DNA of 64,000 nt from Candidatus Gastranaerophilales bacterium (GTDB lineage: Bacteria; Cyanobacteriota; Vampirovibrionia; Gastranaerophilales; JANQFW01): the NCBI GenBank assembly GCA_028280605.1, contig JANQLL010000143.1, forward strand, positions 4,218 to 68,217, in the 5' to 3' direction. This document shows, piece after piece, positions 54,928 to 64,000 of the stretch (its first letter is position 1; every line of letters begins with the position of its first letter). The notes beneath the pieces are model-generated. The model saw nothing but the letters and a program-made list of their open reading frames with translations. It searched no databases and had not been told where the DNA came from. Both the position numbers and the translations under genes were made by a program.

Positions 54928-55164
54928 TAATCACTTCCTTTCTATAAGGCTATAGCCTCTCATCTTATATGATAACCTTATTTTATTATGATTTCATATA
55001 TACTTTATTATAGTTTTTTGCATACTATTTGAGTAATCTTTAAAGATAAATCAAAATAGCAAAAAAAAATGCAGTGATATACTGCATTAGCATGAGGTAA
55101 CACAATTTAATTAATTGGATATAAAATTACATATTAGTTTGATAATTAATAAATTTTGAATTAA

Positions 55165-55240
55165 GCTTTTCAGAGGATAGCTTAATTTATAATTTAATAA
55201 GTTGGTTGACCAATCTGAAAAGCACTTGAAGATTAGTTTA
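55165..55240. repeat. R1-related degenerate repeat
   Basis: gcttttcaga ... tctgaaaagc inverted-repeat core. Confidence 0.4.
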
Positions 55241-55870
55241 AAATATTGTTAAACCCTTAATTCTTTGTCTCTTAATCTTTAATATCTTATACAGTTAAAT
55301 ATATATATTAATAAAAACAAATAATAGTTAAACATTTTGTCGTTAATTTTATCCACTTTTTTTAATTTAAGCAAAATATATAAATAGAATACTGAAAGCA
55401 TATATTGAATAATTCTACTATACCTTATATAAATGTCAAAAAAAAAATTAATAAAAATTAATAAATAAAAAAGCAATACCAGATGTATTGCTTGTTAAAT
55501 TATTGGTATTGAGATAATTGAGGAGAATTGTTGGTAGATATTACACAATAATTCTCATATAGTTTTTGTGGATTTGATAAAATTTTAAGAGCCTGCCTAC
55601 TTAAAAAAACAAGTTTATTATATCAATAATAAATGATTTGTTTATGGTCTGCTATATTAAGCTGAAACCGCTTGATTCGCAATGCGTTGCAAACTTTAAT
55701 AAGACTGCTTCTATTAGTTGTTTTGTTTAATATCTCTTGAATTTCTGGTTTTATATATTTAAAAAAACTAGTTATACTTGAAAATTTCCTCAATTTTTAT
55801 ACTACTTTGCTAATATATTGCGTTGAATATAGAGAATAAATAATATAAATATAAGCACTATTTTGTTTAC

Positions 55871-55975
55871 TATACATCCACTAATATAGCTTATAATTAA
55901 GTTTTGTTATATAGTAACTCAAATTACTTTTTAGATTATTTAATCAGGTTGAATCTAATAAAATGGACTATATTT
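55871..55975 (+). repeat. R1-related degenerate repeat
   Basis: tatagtaactcaaattactttttagattatttaatcaggttgaatctaataaaatggactat parallels the R1 5' half. Confidence 0.45.
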
Positions 55976-55989
55976 AATTTGCTCCAATT

Positions 55990-56256
55990 TTAGTTGAATT
56001 TATATAATTTTCTAACTGGTTCCAACACATTCCAAACACATTTTAAGCCTTTTGCAAAAACTACCAAATCACCTTTTTCTACAGTTATTTCACCTTTGTC
56101 AGTTTCAATAATCACTTTACCTTCTAAAAAATAGCAAATTTCTTCTTCTGTATACTCCCAGTTAAATTTTGATTCGCCACAAATCCAAGTATCCCAGCTA
56201 TCTATGCTCAATTTTGCTAATTCTTCTTGAGTTGGTTTTTCTACTTTTATATCCAT
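55990..56256 (-). CDS. small cupin-domain protein (DUF861/Cupin_3-like)
   Basis: W.C....F.W.Y.EEE.CYFLEGKV.IET..G....V..GDLVVF..GL.C.W.V...V.K.Y pattern. Confidence 0.75.
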   Translation of the reverse strand: MDIKVEKPTQEELAKLSIDSWDTWICGESKFNWEYTEEEICYFLEGKVIIETDKGEITVEKGDLVVFAKGLKCVWNVLEPVRKLYKFN

Positions 56257-56366
56257 TTTTATAACCTCTATCTACCAGTATTTTTTGATTCAGCTTGATA
56301 TAATATAAAATTAATCATATCAGATATACAAACAGCTGTGCAAATTTTTTTATAAATTTTAAAGCA

Positions 56367-56420
56367 TTATACTGGCGCTTAATTAGATTTTAGATTATTC
56401 TTTAAAGTACTATAGTGTTA
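56367..56420 (+). repeat. R1-related fragment
   Basis: tatactggcgcttaattagattttagattatt; compare tgtactggcgctcgatttaatttt at 41668. Confidence 0.4.
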
Positions 56421-56445
56421 AATATAACTAATAAGGATTCGTAAT

Positions 56446-56898
56446 ATGGAAAAAGCAACATTTGCTGCAGGATGCTTTTGGGGGGTAGAGTCTGCGTTTA
56501 GAAAATTAAACGGAGTTATCTCAACGCAAGTCGGATACATTGGAGGAAAAACCGAAAATCCAACTTATGAAGAAGTCTGTACAAGTACTACAGGACATGC
56601 CGAGGCTGTTGAAATAATATTTGATCCTGAAATTTTATCTTATGATGAGCTTTTAAGCGTTTTTTGGAAAATTCATAATCCTACAAGTCTTAATAGACAA
56701 GGCTTTGACGTAGGTAGTCAATATAGATCAGCAATATTTTACCACAATACAGACCAACAAAAATTAGCAATAGATTCTATGAAAAAACTTGACGAATCTG
56801 CTAAGTATAAACGTCCAATAGTTACTGAGATAATTGCAGCATCTCAATTTTGGAAAGCTGAAGACTATCATCAGCAATATCACGAAAAAAGAGGCTAG
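56446..56898 (+). CDS. msrA: peptide-methionine (S)-S-oxide reductase
   Basis: [12 protein letters not shown] active-site motif, GH.E.V...FDP, and QY.S.IF. Confidence 0.95.
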   Translation: MEKATFAAGCFWGVESAFRKLNGVISTQVGYIGGKTENPTYEEVCTSTTGHAEAVEIIFDPEILSYDELLSVFWKIHNPTSLNRQGFDVGSQYRSAIFYHNTDQQKLAIDSMKKLDESAKYKRPIVTEIIAASQFWKAEDYHQQYHEKRG

Positions 56899-56909
56899 TA
56901 CTATAGTAT

Positions 56910-57350
56910 TTAAATTAAATTAGCGTGTTCCACTTTAATGCATTTATTCATAACAACAGATAAGCCGGATTTTCTTGCTTTGGCAGCTGAGCTGTTGTTT
57001 GCAAGACCAAGTTGCATCCATACGGTTTTTGCATTTATATCTATGGCTTCATCAACTACAGCCGGGATAGCTTCTGGTTTTCTAAATATTACAACTATAT
57101 CTATAGGCTGTGGTATTAATTTTAGATTTTTATAACATTTTTCTCCAATTACTTCATCATATTTTGGGTTAACAGGAAAAATTTGATAGTTTTTTTGTTT
57201 TATATATTTTGCCACGCTGTTGCTGTCTTTGGTTTCATCTGCAGAAATACCAACTATGGCAATATTTTTTGAATCCTTTAATATTTTTGTTATTTCTTCG
57301 TTAGAAGCATTATCTCTTGGAATTTCGCACATAGGTTGTACCTTTCTCAA
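56910..57350 (-). CDS. CoA-binding domain protein (YccU/YneT-like)
   Basis: IAIVGIS......SN.VAKY....Y.IFPVNP..DE..G..CY..L..IP..IDIV.IFR and VWMQLG. Confidence 0.8.
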   Translation of the reverse strand: MRKVQPMCEIPRDNASNEEITKILKDSKNIAIVGISADETKDSNSVAKYIKQKNYQIFPVNPKYDEVIGEKCYKNLKLIPQPIDIVVIFRKPEAIPAVVDEAIDINAKTVWMQLGLANNSSAAKARKSGLSVVMNKCIKVEHANLI

Positions 57351-57379
57351 TACTCAATAGACACAAAAGTACATTACAT

Positions 57380-58246
57380 CTATGGAATCATTTGGTCAAC
57401 TGACATAATTAATATGCCTGTTGCTCCAAGCTGCTTAAGCTTATCTACACTTTCGTATATTTTTTTCTTGTCAATAACAACGTGAATTGCAACAGTATCA
57501 GGGTTATCTAATAATGTTGTTACTGTTGGAGAAGTAATGCCAGGCAAAAAGTTTTTTACGTTATCCAGCTCTGTTTTTGGAAGGTTTGCCATTAAGTATT
57601 TTTTCTCCTCAGCAGCTATTGCCGATTTTATAGCTCTAATAAATTTATTAATTTCATCTTTTAGTTCATTGCAAATACCTGGTCGTCCAATTATAGTTGC
57701 TGTTGATTCAAGTATTTGGTCAAGAATTTTTAACTTGTTAACTTTTAAAGTAGATCCTGTAGAAGTTATATCAACAATTAAATCAGCTAAACCCAACTCG
57801 GGTGTAACTTCTGTCGCACCTGATACTTCTATAATATGTACATTTTTATTTTTGCTGTCAAAATAGTTTTTTGTAATATTTGGAAAACTTGTGGCAATTT
57901 TGCACCCATCTTTAACATCATCAATGGATTGAACGGATGATGTTTCTTTTGCTGCAACTATCATTTTGCAATACCCAAAATTAAGTGGCATTATGTTTTC
58001 AACTTCTGCTTCGCATTCTTTTACCACGTCATAACCTGTTATTCCCAGGTCAGTGACACCATCATTAACAAAGTTGGGTATATCTTGAGTTCTAACAAAA
58101 ATAATTTTATATAACCCATCGTGTGTTTTAGCATATAGGCTTCTTGTATTTTGTTTTTTTATAGACAATCCTGCTCTTTGAAGCAAATCAAATATATCTT
58201 CAGACAAACGCCCTTTATTAGGAATCGCAATAGTCAAGTTACACAT
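57380..58246 (-). CDS. hisG: ATP phosphoribosyltransferase, long form
   Basis: LTIAIPNKGRLSE..F.LL..AG, DIP.FV..G..DLGITG.D, DITSTGSTL, and a C-terminal regulatory domain. Confidence 0.9.
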   Translation of the reverse strand: MCNLTIAIPNKGRLSEDIFDLLQRAGLSIKKQNTRSLYAKTHDGLYKIIFVRTQDIPNFVNDGVTDLGITGYDVVKECEAEVENIMPLNFGYCKMIVAAKETSSVQSIDDVKDGCKIATSFPNITKNYFDSKNKNVHIIEVSGATEVTPELGLADLIVDITSTGSTLKVNKLKILDQILESTATIIGRPGICNELKDEINKFIRAIKSAIAAEEKKYLMANLPKTELDNVKNFLPGITSPTVTTLLDNPDTVAIHVVIDKKKIYESVDKLKQLGATGILIMSVDQMIP

Positions 58247-58542
58247 ATTAAACTTTTTACCTCCTACATATGATATTTGTTACAAAAAAAGTATAGCACG
58301 AAAGTTAAACTAAGCTTAAGACAACCTGATAATTAGTGTTGTCACATAGAAAGTAGTATTTAAGAAATAAATAAAATTTAGTGTTGACACCACACTTTTT
58401 TTAGCATTTAATATTAATGTTCAAAAAAGTGTAAGCAAAACACTTAAAAACTCCCGATAGTAATAATTTTGTAAGCTAATATACAAATTAATATAATATT
58501 CAAACAAATTGGAAGAAGAGAACATTAGATTGCAGAGTATAT

Positions 58543-58574
58543 AAGTCACTTGATATCAAGTGGCTTTTTTTTTT
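58543..58574 (+). terminator. terminator-like hairpin + T10 with no annotated plus-strand gene upstream
   Basis: gtcacttgat/atcaagtggc stem (one mismatch) followed by tttttttttt. Confidence 0.5.
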
Positions 58575-58866
58575 AAAGTGTGCCCGACATATTTGACAGC
58601 TAGGACGAATAGAAATCACATATAAAGCATAGCTGGGATGGACGAGCTTGCTTTACAAGGCAAAGTCCAATACCACCGAAAATATGGCAGATATATGAGA
58701 TGAAAGCGGTCGAGTTTACTCGGGGATGTCTTAAAAACAATAAAGCTGATACCACATCAGTACAAACTATTAATAAAAATAAAAAACAAATATTAAACAA
58801 GTTTGATGCTAATAATCAAGTATCAAGTCGAGTATTAAAATCTTTAAAAATATTATCTTACTTGAG

Positions 58867-58926
58867 ATTAAAGGCTGCGCTAGCCACGCAAAATTTAATT
58901 TCCAATTTAAACCAGTACATTCACGG
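58867..58926 (+). repeat. R2 dispersed repeat
   Basis: attaaaggctgcgctagccacgcaaaatttaatttccaatttaaaccagtaca. Confidence 0.55.
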
Positions 58927-59103
58927 ATAAATTAACTCAGCAAGGTGAAGTAAAAGAGCCTTTTTTTCTAATACTACGTGCGAATTTATAATTATAGGTT
59001 AGCGGACATTCTGAGAATCGGGCAAATTTATGCCTAGTGACGCATGGCTTTTGGGGGCTGAAAATAGCAGAGTTTAGTTTCAGAATTATTCCGCTTTCTG
59101 TCC

Positions 59104-59268
59104 CTAAATTGTATAAAATGGGGTCGGTTTTGAGGATGCTTTGGGAATTATATTTTCCAAGGAATAGCCTTGATCGCTAGTTACAACTAGGGTTTTGGCG
59201 ATAGGGCAGAAAAAGGACATTTTTTTTGAAAAGGCCACAGACGGAACATGCCAGGAACATTGGGACAT
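59104..59268 (-). CDS. possible 54-aa ORF translationally coupled to the giant TPR-like gene
   Basis: Its ATG overlaps the upstream stop (TAATG at 59270-59266). It lies in a GC-enriched patch and is below the 60-aa cut-off of the track. Confidence 0.25.
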   Translation of the reverse strand: MSQCSWHVPSVAFSKKMSFFCPIAKTLVVTSDQGYSLENIIPKASSKPTPFYTI

Positions 59269-62200
59269 TAAAAGATGCACATAATTATATTTCTCAAGAA
59301 CTCTTTATAATATTCATTTATACTTGGGATTTTTTTATCCTTTAACACGTCCAGTAATTTTTTTATTGATTCATACATATTTGGGAATTCATCATTTGAA
59401 GATAAATATAAGGCATTTCTGAAAAAAGCTTTAGATTGCTTAAAAATATATTTTTTTCCCTTTTCTCCTTTTGCAAGTTCAGTAGAAATCCAATAAACAA
59501 TTGCTCTTAAAGCTATTTCTTGAATCTTAAGATAAATAGGTATATCATCAAATTTTTTATATAAGTCCACTTTTATTTGATCGTCCAGTGTAAAAAGTTT
59601 ATAAATATGTTTTTCCTTTTTATTTTTTTCCTTTTGTTGCTCTTTATCATCTTTGTTCTCTTTATTATTAGAATCAAGGCAATCCATTATATGTTCGATT
59701 TCTATTATTGCTTCAATAAATTTTAGTTTTAGTTCAAATACCGGATAGTCTGATATTGGTTTATACAATTGTTTAATTTTATCTAATAATGATTCTGTTT
59801 CATTCAATTTATTAACAGGTTCTGTATCTTTTAGTTCCTTAGCTTTTAAATATAAAGCAGATTTATTATATAAAATATCAAAATAATGAACATCATCATG
59901 TTCAAATTCTTTACCATTATTTTCTATTAATTTTTCTGCTATATCGTAATATTTTTTTGCCTGTTCATAATTTTTTAATTTATCTTTATCTTCAGAACCT
60001 AATATCTTTGACATGTAGTAATTTGCTAACTGTAGCCTATATTTTATTTCTTGAGAATCTCCTGCATCCAAAAAATCCTCCGGTAACTCTTGTTTTAGCT
60101 TTGGATCTTTATCAGTTATATTGATATCTTTTTGATTTTCAAACTTTAACTTCAGATTATCGGCTAAAAGTTTAGAGCTTAGTAGCCAATAGTTAAACTT
60201 TTCTTTTTTCACCTTATTTAAGGGTTTATCAACATTATTTTTAATCTTTTCTTCAGCTCTTTTGATATTTTCTTTAAAATCTTTATATTCAGCGAAGTCT
60301 AAAAATAAATAAATCATATTTAAATTTACAAAAATATTATCATTAAAGTGTTTTTCCGGAGTGTATTCTGCTAATGCATTGGTATACCATTTTTTAGCTT
60401 CTTCAAAGTATTCTTTTTTCCAGGTTAGTCTAAATAGTTTATGATTTGCATCACCCAAATTATTACAAATTTTTGCGTATAAATGAGGACAATTATCTTC
60501 ATTTATAATTTTATTACTTAAAGCTATTTTATTATAGTAAGCTGCCTGTTTAATATTGACTTTAAAAGATTCTATACCACAAATAAGACTGTAAATATAA
60601 CCTAAATAAAAGCTGTTATCAACTTTATATTGGCTAATTGAATTATGTTCATTATCAAAATCAATTGAAATTAACTGTTTAAATTCTGTTTTATTATTCT
60701 TTAATTTATTTATACAATCTTGTGCATCTGAATAGCAAGTTTTTGCTTGATTTAGATCATTAAAATTCTTACTTATTTTATATTTTTCTAAAAAACAAAA
60801 ACCAAGCTTATGATTTAAATCTATATAAACAAAACTGAATTTTTTATCAAACCAGTCAATCTGCTCCTCATAAAATTTAATTGAATCATCTATTAGCTTG
60901 ATTCCTTTTAAATCATTAATAACTTGATATTCCCTTGAAAAATTAAGCATTTTTTGAGTATAAAAGAAAGAATTAGCAATATAAATTTGCAAATTTTTAA
61001 AAGTCCAGCTATTTTTAAACTTATCCCAATCAATACTTTCTAATACTTTATTAATTTCACTAATTCCATCATAAAAATATCTGTTTTTACAGGATTTATG
61101 AATTTTTATATAAATATGAAACATTAATACATGTGCCAAACCTCTCATACACATAGTTTTTAAAAAATGAATATTATACTCATCTGGTTTAAAGAATACC
61201 AAGTTATCATTAAAAATATCAATTGCTTCACTATATGCACTTTCCATAGATTTTTGAGTATCATCAGATGGATGGTCAATATCAAGAAGATATTTGATTT
61301 TTAAAATACAAGAATATCCTATTTCATTTTTTATAATGGCAAATAAAACCGGGTATTCGGCAATTGTAAAATTATTCAAAGCTTTTTTATACAGATCTAT
61401 TGCAGATTCTATTAGATGTCTTTTAGTTGCACTTGAAGACTTTTCAATTTTTGAATGCAATTTAAATAAATAACCTTGTTTTTGTATTACAAGAAGATAT
61501 AAATAATTATTATTATCTTTTGACTTGGATTTTAGTTCACTTAATAATGATTTTATTTCTTCTATGTCACTGTCATCTATGGTAATTTCCGATATAAATA
61601 ATCGAACCTTAGCTATATAGAATATAACCCAGTTTACTTTATAAAAATTCTTTAAATCTTGATAACTTTTCTTTATTAACTTAAGGTCTTTAAGAATATT
61701 TTGAAGATCATCCAGTAAATAATTATTTTTTGAAAATTTAACTTCAATAAAGTTAAAAGCTTCTCCTCTATTAACTTTTTGCATTTCTTCAGGTTTAATG
61801 TCTTTGTATAATTCTATATACTTAATAAGTATTTTATTTTCAACCTCCTTTATTTCTAAAAATACTTTGTCTTTATATTTTTGATCATCGCTTAAATATT
61901 TATATTTTTGATTAAAACATTCTTTTGCCGCATTTATGTTAAAAATTGCATTATTAAAATCTGTATCAAGCATATAATGCTTGTATAAAAGTCTGTAAGC
62001 TTCTGAAGTATCTTTTAAAACTTTAATCTCATAATCAATTTTAATTTCATCTTCTAATAATACCAACTCTTTTTTAAGCTTGGCTAATACACTAAGAGCC
62101 TTGTTGCAATTACTTTTAGGATCTACATAATTTGCAAGAGTTATATACGCATTGCCAAGAAGATAATTTATCTCAGTATAGTCAAGTAAGCAATCAGTTT

Positions 62201-63941
62201 GAATTTCTTCTTTATTCAGAGAATATTTTTCTATATCAATTACTTCCACGCCCAGAGAGTTTTGATCTGTACTAATACCTTTAAAATCAAGACTTTCTAT
62301 AACTAATTCATTATTTTTAGTAAATTTTGCAATCAAATTTTTGTATATATTAATAGCTTTTTCAATACACTCAATGCTATCGTTAACTTCAGCACTTTGT
62401 ATATAGATTTCTGCCATTTTTTTTAATTTTGTAGTTTTTTCTGTCTTTTCAAGTATACCTATTGCTTTATTTAAATTAGCTTTTTTTTCTTCGTACTTAG
62501 AAAGCTCAATTAATACATCGCATATTTTTCCGTCTAACTTTTGAATATCTATCTTTAGCCAACCAGAGCAAATTAAATCTTTATTATTTTTACAACATTG
62601 ATTTTGCCTTTCAGCACAACATTTTTTAGCTTCTTCATAGCAAGCTGTTGAATGTTTTAAATTTTCTTGAGGCTCTGCTGCTGCTTCCGCTGCTTCTGCC
62701 TGTTTAGCATAGAGTTTATAATAGTCCCCAAGCAGCTTGTTTGTTATTGAATATCCGCATAAGAATTCTTGCGTGACAAATAATTTATGAGCCATGTCAA
62801 GAGATTGTTTAGCCCCCTCGAACCTTCTTTTATTATCAGGATTATCAGCATTATGCTCTATATAATTAAGGTAAGCAAGAGCAATTTTGGCGTAAGTTCT
62901 ACCGGCTTTTAAATTTAGTATTCGTTTTTTTTCTTTATCTAAGGCAAACTTGTTTTTCTTTTCAGCTAAAGATTTATATTTACTATTAGCCTGTTGGTAT
63001 TGTGTTATAGCTTTGTCTATATTAAACGCATCATTTACCAAAACTAAAAAGGCATCACCTTCTTTCTCCTGCAAGCTTGCAAGTTCATAAGAATTTTCCT
63101 CATAAAAGTTCTCTTGTTTTGAGTAAAATTCTATGGCTAAATAAAAATTAAACTCTTTTTCTTTTTTTTCAGGTTTATCAGAGTGATATTTTGCCAGTTC
63201 TGTATAGGTATCTCCAAGATATTCATAAGCTTTGTTTTTTTCTGCAAAACCGGGGTTTATTATGACATCATTAAATTTTTCAATGGCTTTTAAGAGATCA
63301 TTTTTTATACTTTCATTAGAATATTTTGCTTTTTCTAAATATAATCTGCCAAGATAATAATTTAGCAACTTTTTTGGATAGAAAAGCCTTGTTATAAAGC
63401 TTAATGAATAAAAGTTAGGCTTAACATCTCCACTTAAGAGCTGATTTTCTGCATTATTATAAATTTCTAATAAATTTTCAAATTCTTCAATAATTTTATC
63501 CGGAGTTGTATAGTCATTTTTTTCTTCTTTAAATTTAGATTCATTTATATAAAATATTTTTTTTCTTAAATTATAAATATCCCAATATTTTTTTATAATA
63601 TAAACCATAAAAAATATACCTATAAATATTATTACAAGCAGTCCTATTCCGGTTATATCTATAGGCTTTAAATTTATAATTTGTAATAAATAGTCGAATA
63701 TATTACTAATAGTCGAAATTATATTTTTAGAAATAAAAGATTCTATCACCAGGTAATAATATCCGTCGTCTAATGCCAAAAATGTAATTATATAAAGAAT
63801 TAATATGGAGACAAACAGTATAAAATTAGCTTTTTTAGCTATTATAAAGTCCCAAGACCTCTCAATCTGTTGTATTATATATTGTAAAAAATTGCATACG
63901 AATTTTAAGATATCAAGTAATATTTTAAAAATAAATTTCAT
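59268..63941 (-). CDS. giant (1557 aa) membrane-anchored all-helical repeat protein (TPR-like)
   Basis: Three to four N-terminal TM segments, then about 1400 aa of repeated helical hairpin motifs (Y..LG..Y.....Y..A...Y..A) consistent with TPR/Sel1-like solenoids. Confidence 0.7.
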   Translation of the reverse strand: MKFIFKILLDILKFVCNFLQYIIQQIERSWDFIIAKKANFILFVSILILYIITFLALDDGYYYLVIESFISKNIISTISNIFDYLLQIINLKPIDITGIGLLVIIFIGIFFMVYIIKKYWDIYNLRKKIFYINESKFKEEKNDYTTPDKIIEEFENLLEIYNNAENQLLSGDVKPNFYSLSFITRLFYPKKLLNYYLGRLYLEKAKYSNESIKNDLLKAIEKFNDVIINPGFAEKNKAYEYLGDTYTELAKYHSDKPEKKEKEFNFYLAIEFYSKQENFYEENSYELASLQEKEGDAFLVLVNDAFNIDKAITQYQQANSKYKSLAEKKNKFALDKEKKRILNLKAGRTYAKIALAYLNYIEHNADNPDNKRRFEGAKQSLDMAHKLFVTQEFLCGYSITNKLLGDYYKLYAKQAEAAEAAAEPQENLKHSTACYEEAKKCCAERQNQCCKNNKDLICSGWLKIDIQKLDGKICDVLIELSKYEEKKANLNKAIGILEKTEKTTKLKKMAEIYIQSAEVNDSIECIEKAINIYKNLIAKFTKNNELVIESLDFKGISTDQNSLGVEVIDIEKYSLNKEEIQTDCLLDYTEINYLLGNAYITLANYVDPKSNCNKALSVLAKLKKELVLLEDEIKIDYEIKVLKDTSEAYRLLYKHYMLDTDFNNAIFNINAAKECFNQKYKYLSDDQKYKDKVFLEIKEVENKILIKYIELYKDIKPEEMQKVNRGEAFNFIEVKFSKNNYLLDDLQNILKDLKLIKKSYQDLKNFYKVNWVIFYIAKVRLFISEITIDDSDIEEIKSLLSELKSKSKDNNNYLYLLVIQKQGYLFKLHSKIEKSSSATKRHLIESAIDLYKKALNNFTIAEYPVLFAIIKNEIGYSCILKIKYLLDIDHPSDDTQKSMESAYSEAIDIFNDNLVFFKPDEYNIHFLKTMCMRGLAHVLMFHIYIKIHKSCKNRYFYDGISEINKVLESIDWDKFKNSWTFKNLQIYIANSFFYTQKMLNFSREYQVINDLKGIKLIDDSIKFYEEQIDWFDKKFSFVYIDLNHKLGFCFLEKYKISKNFNDLNQAKTCYSDAQDCINKLKNNKTEFKQLISIDFDNEHNSISQYKVDNSFYLGYIYSLICGIESFKVNIKQAAYYNKIALSNKIINEDNCPHLYAKICNNLGDANHKLFRLTWKKEYFEEAKKWYTNALAEYTPEKHFNDNIFVNLNMIYLFLDFAEYKDFKENIKRAEEKIKNNVDKPLNKVKKEKFNYWLLSSKLLADNLKLKFENQKDINITDKDPKLKQELPEDFLDAGDSQEIKYRLQLANYYMSKILGSEDKDKLKNYEQAKKYYDIAEKLIENNGKEFEHDDVHYFDILYNKSALYLKAKELKDTEPVNKLNETESLLDKIKQLYKPISDYPVFELKLKFIEAIIEIEHIMDCLDSNNKENKDDKEQQKEKNKKEKHIYKLFTLDDQIKVDLYKKFDDIPIYLKIQEIALRAIVYWISTELAKGEKGKKYIFKQSKAFFRNALYLSSNDEFPNMYESIKKLLDVLKDKKIPSINEYYKEFLRNIIMCIF

Positions 63942-64000
63942 TTATTTTTCTCCAGGCAAGTATAGTAATCATGCATTTATTACCATTATCATTTACTAGT

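Noticed and set aside
58640-58730. caaagtcc and gaaagcgg strings reminiscent of RNase P RNA conserved regions
   Set aside because: The other universally conserved RNase P blocks (GGTAAGGGTGAAAGGGTG, ACAGAA.C.GGCTTA) are absent, and the spacing does not fit.
59055-59270. GGGGCTGA at about 59056 resembles the 5' end of tmRNA
   Set aside because: There is no T-arm or CCA-type 3' end, no matching acceptor stem and no plausible tag reading frame. The ALA-containing frame nearby belongs to a dispersed repeat (R2).

Overview
AT-rich chromosomal segment of a diderm bacterium. Housekeeping genes include lpxD-lpxC-fabZ-lpxA, split heptose genes hldA/hldC, ybaB-recR, purU, hisG and msrA. Between recR (about 2.3 kb) and purU (about 37.8 kb) lies a roughly 35 kb podovirus-like structural cluster on the minus strand: large terminase, portal, scaffold, major capsid, adaptor- and nozzle-like proteins, a GH24 lysozyme protein, a tail fibre, a beta-helix tailspike and an FG-GAP/RTX giant protein. 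I see no integrase, repressor or replication genes in it. It is interrupted by plus-strand cargo (hemerythrin, chemoreceptor plus binding protein, membrane proteins), a truncated IS110 with a candidate bridge-RNA region, a higBA cassette and a host MITE-like repeat. The most unusual element is a self-contained minus-strand unit at 24.4-31.3 kb, between portal and scaffold. It consists of a GC-rich structured leader, an 85-aa protein, a 634-aa toxin-like protein, and ten tandem small acidic paralogues of two families ordered A+(A-A-B)x3. Nine of the ten are preceded by a conserved leader carrying a consensus SD and a conserved mini-ORF. A second accessory region (45.2-51.2 kb) encodes a paralogous family of Gly/Ala-rich tail-anchored proteins. 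They share an N-terminal MSI..FKG motif that recurs on a nearby tyrosine phosphatase. I recognised no rRNA, tRNA or CRISPR array. All functional calls come from motif recognition by eye, with no database search.
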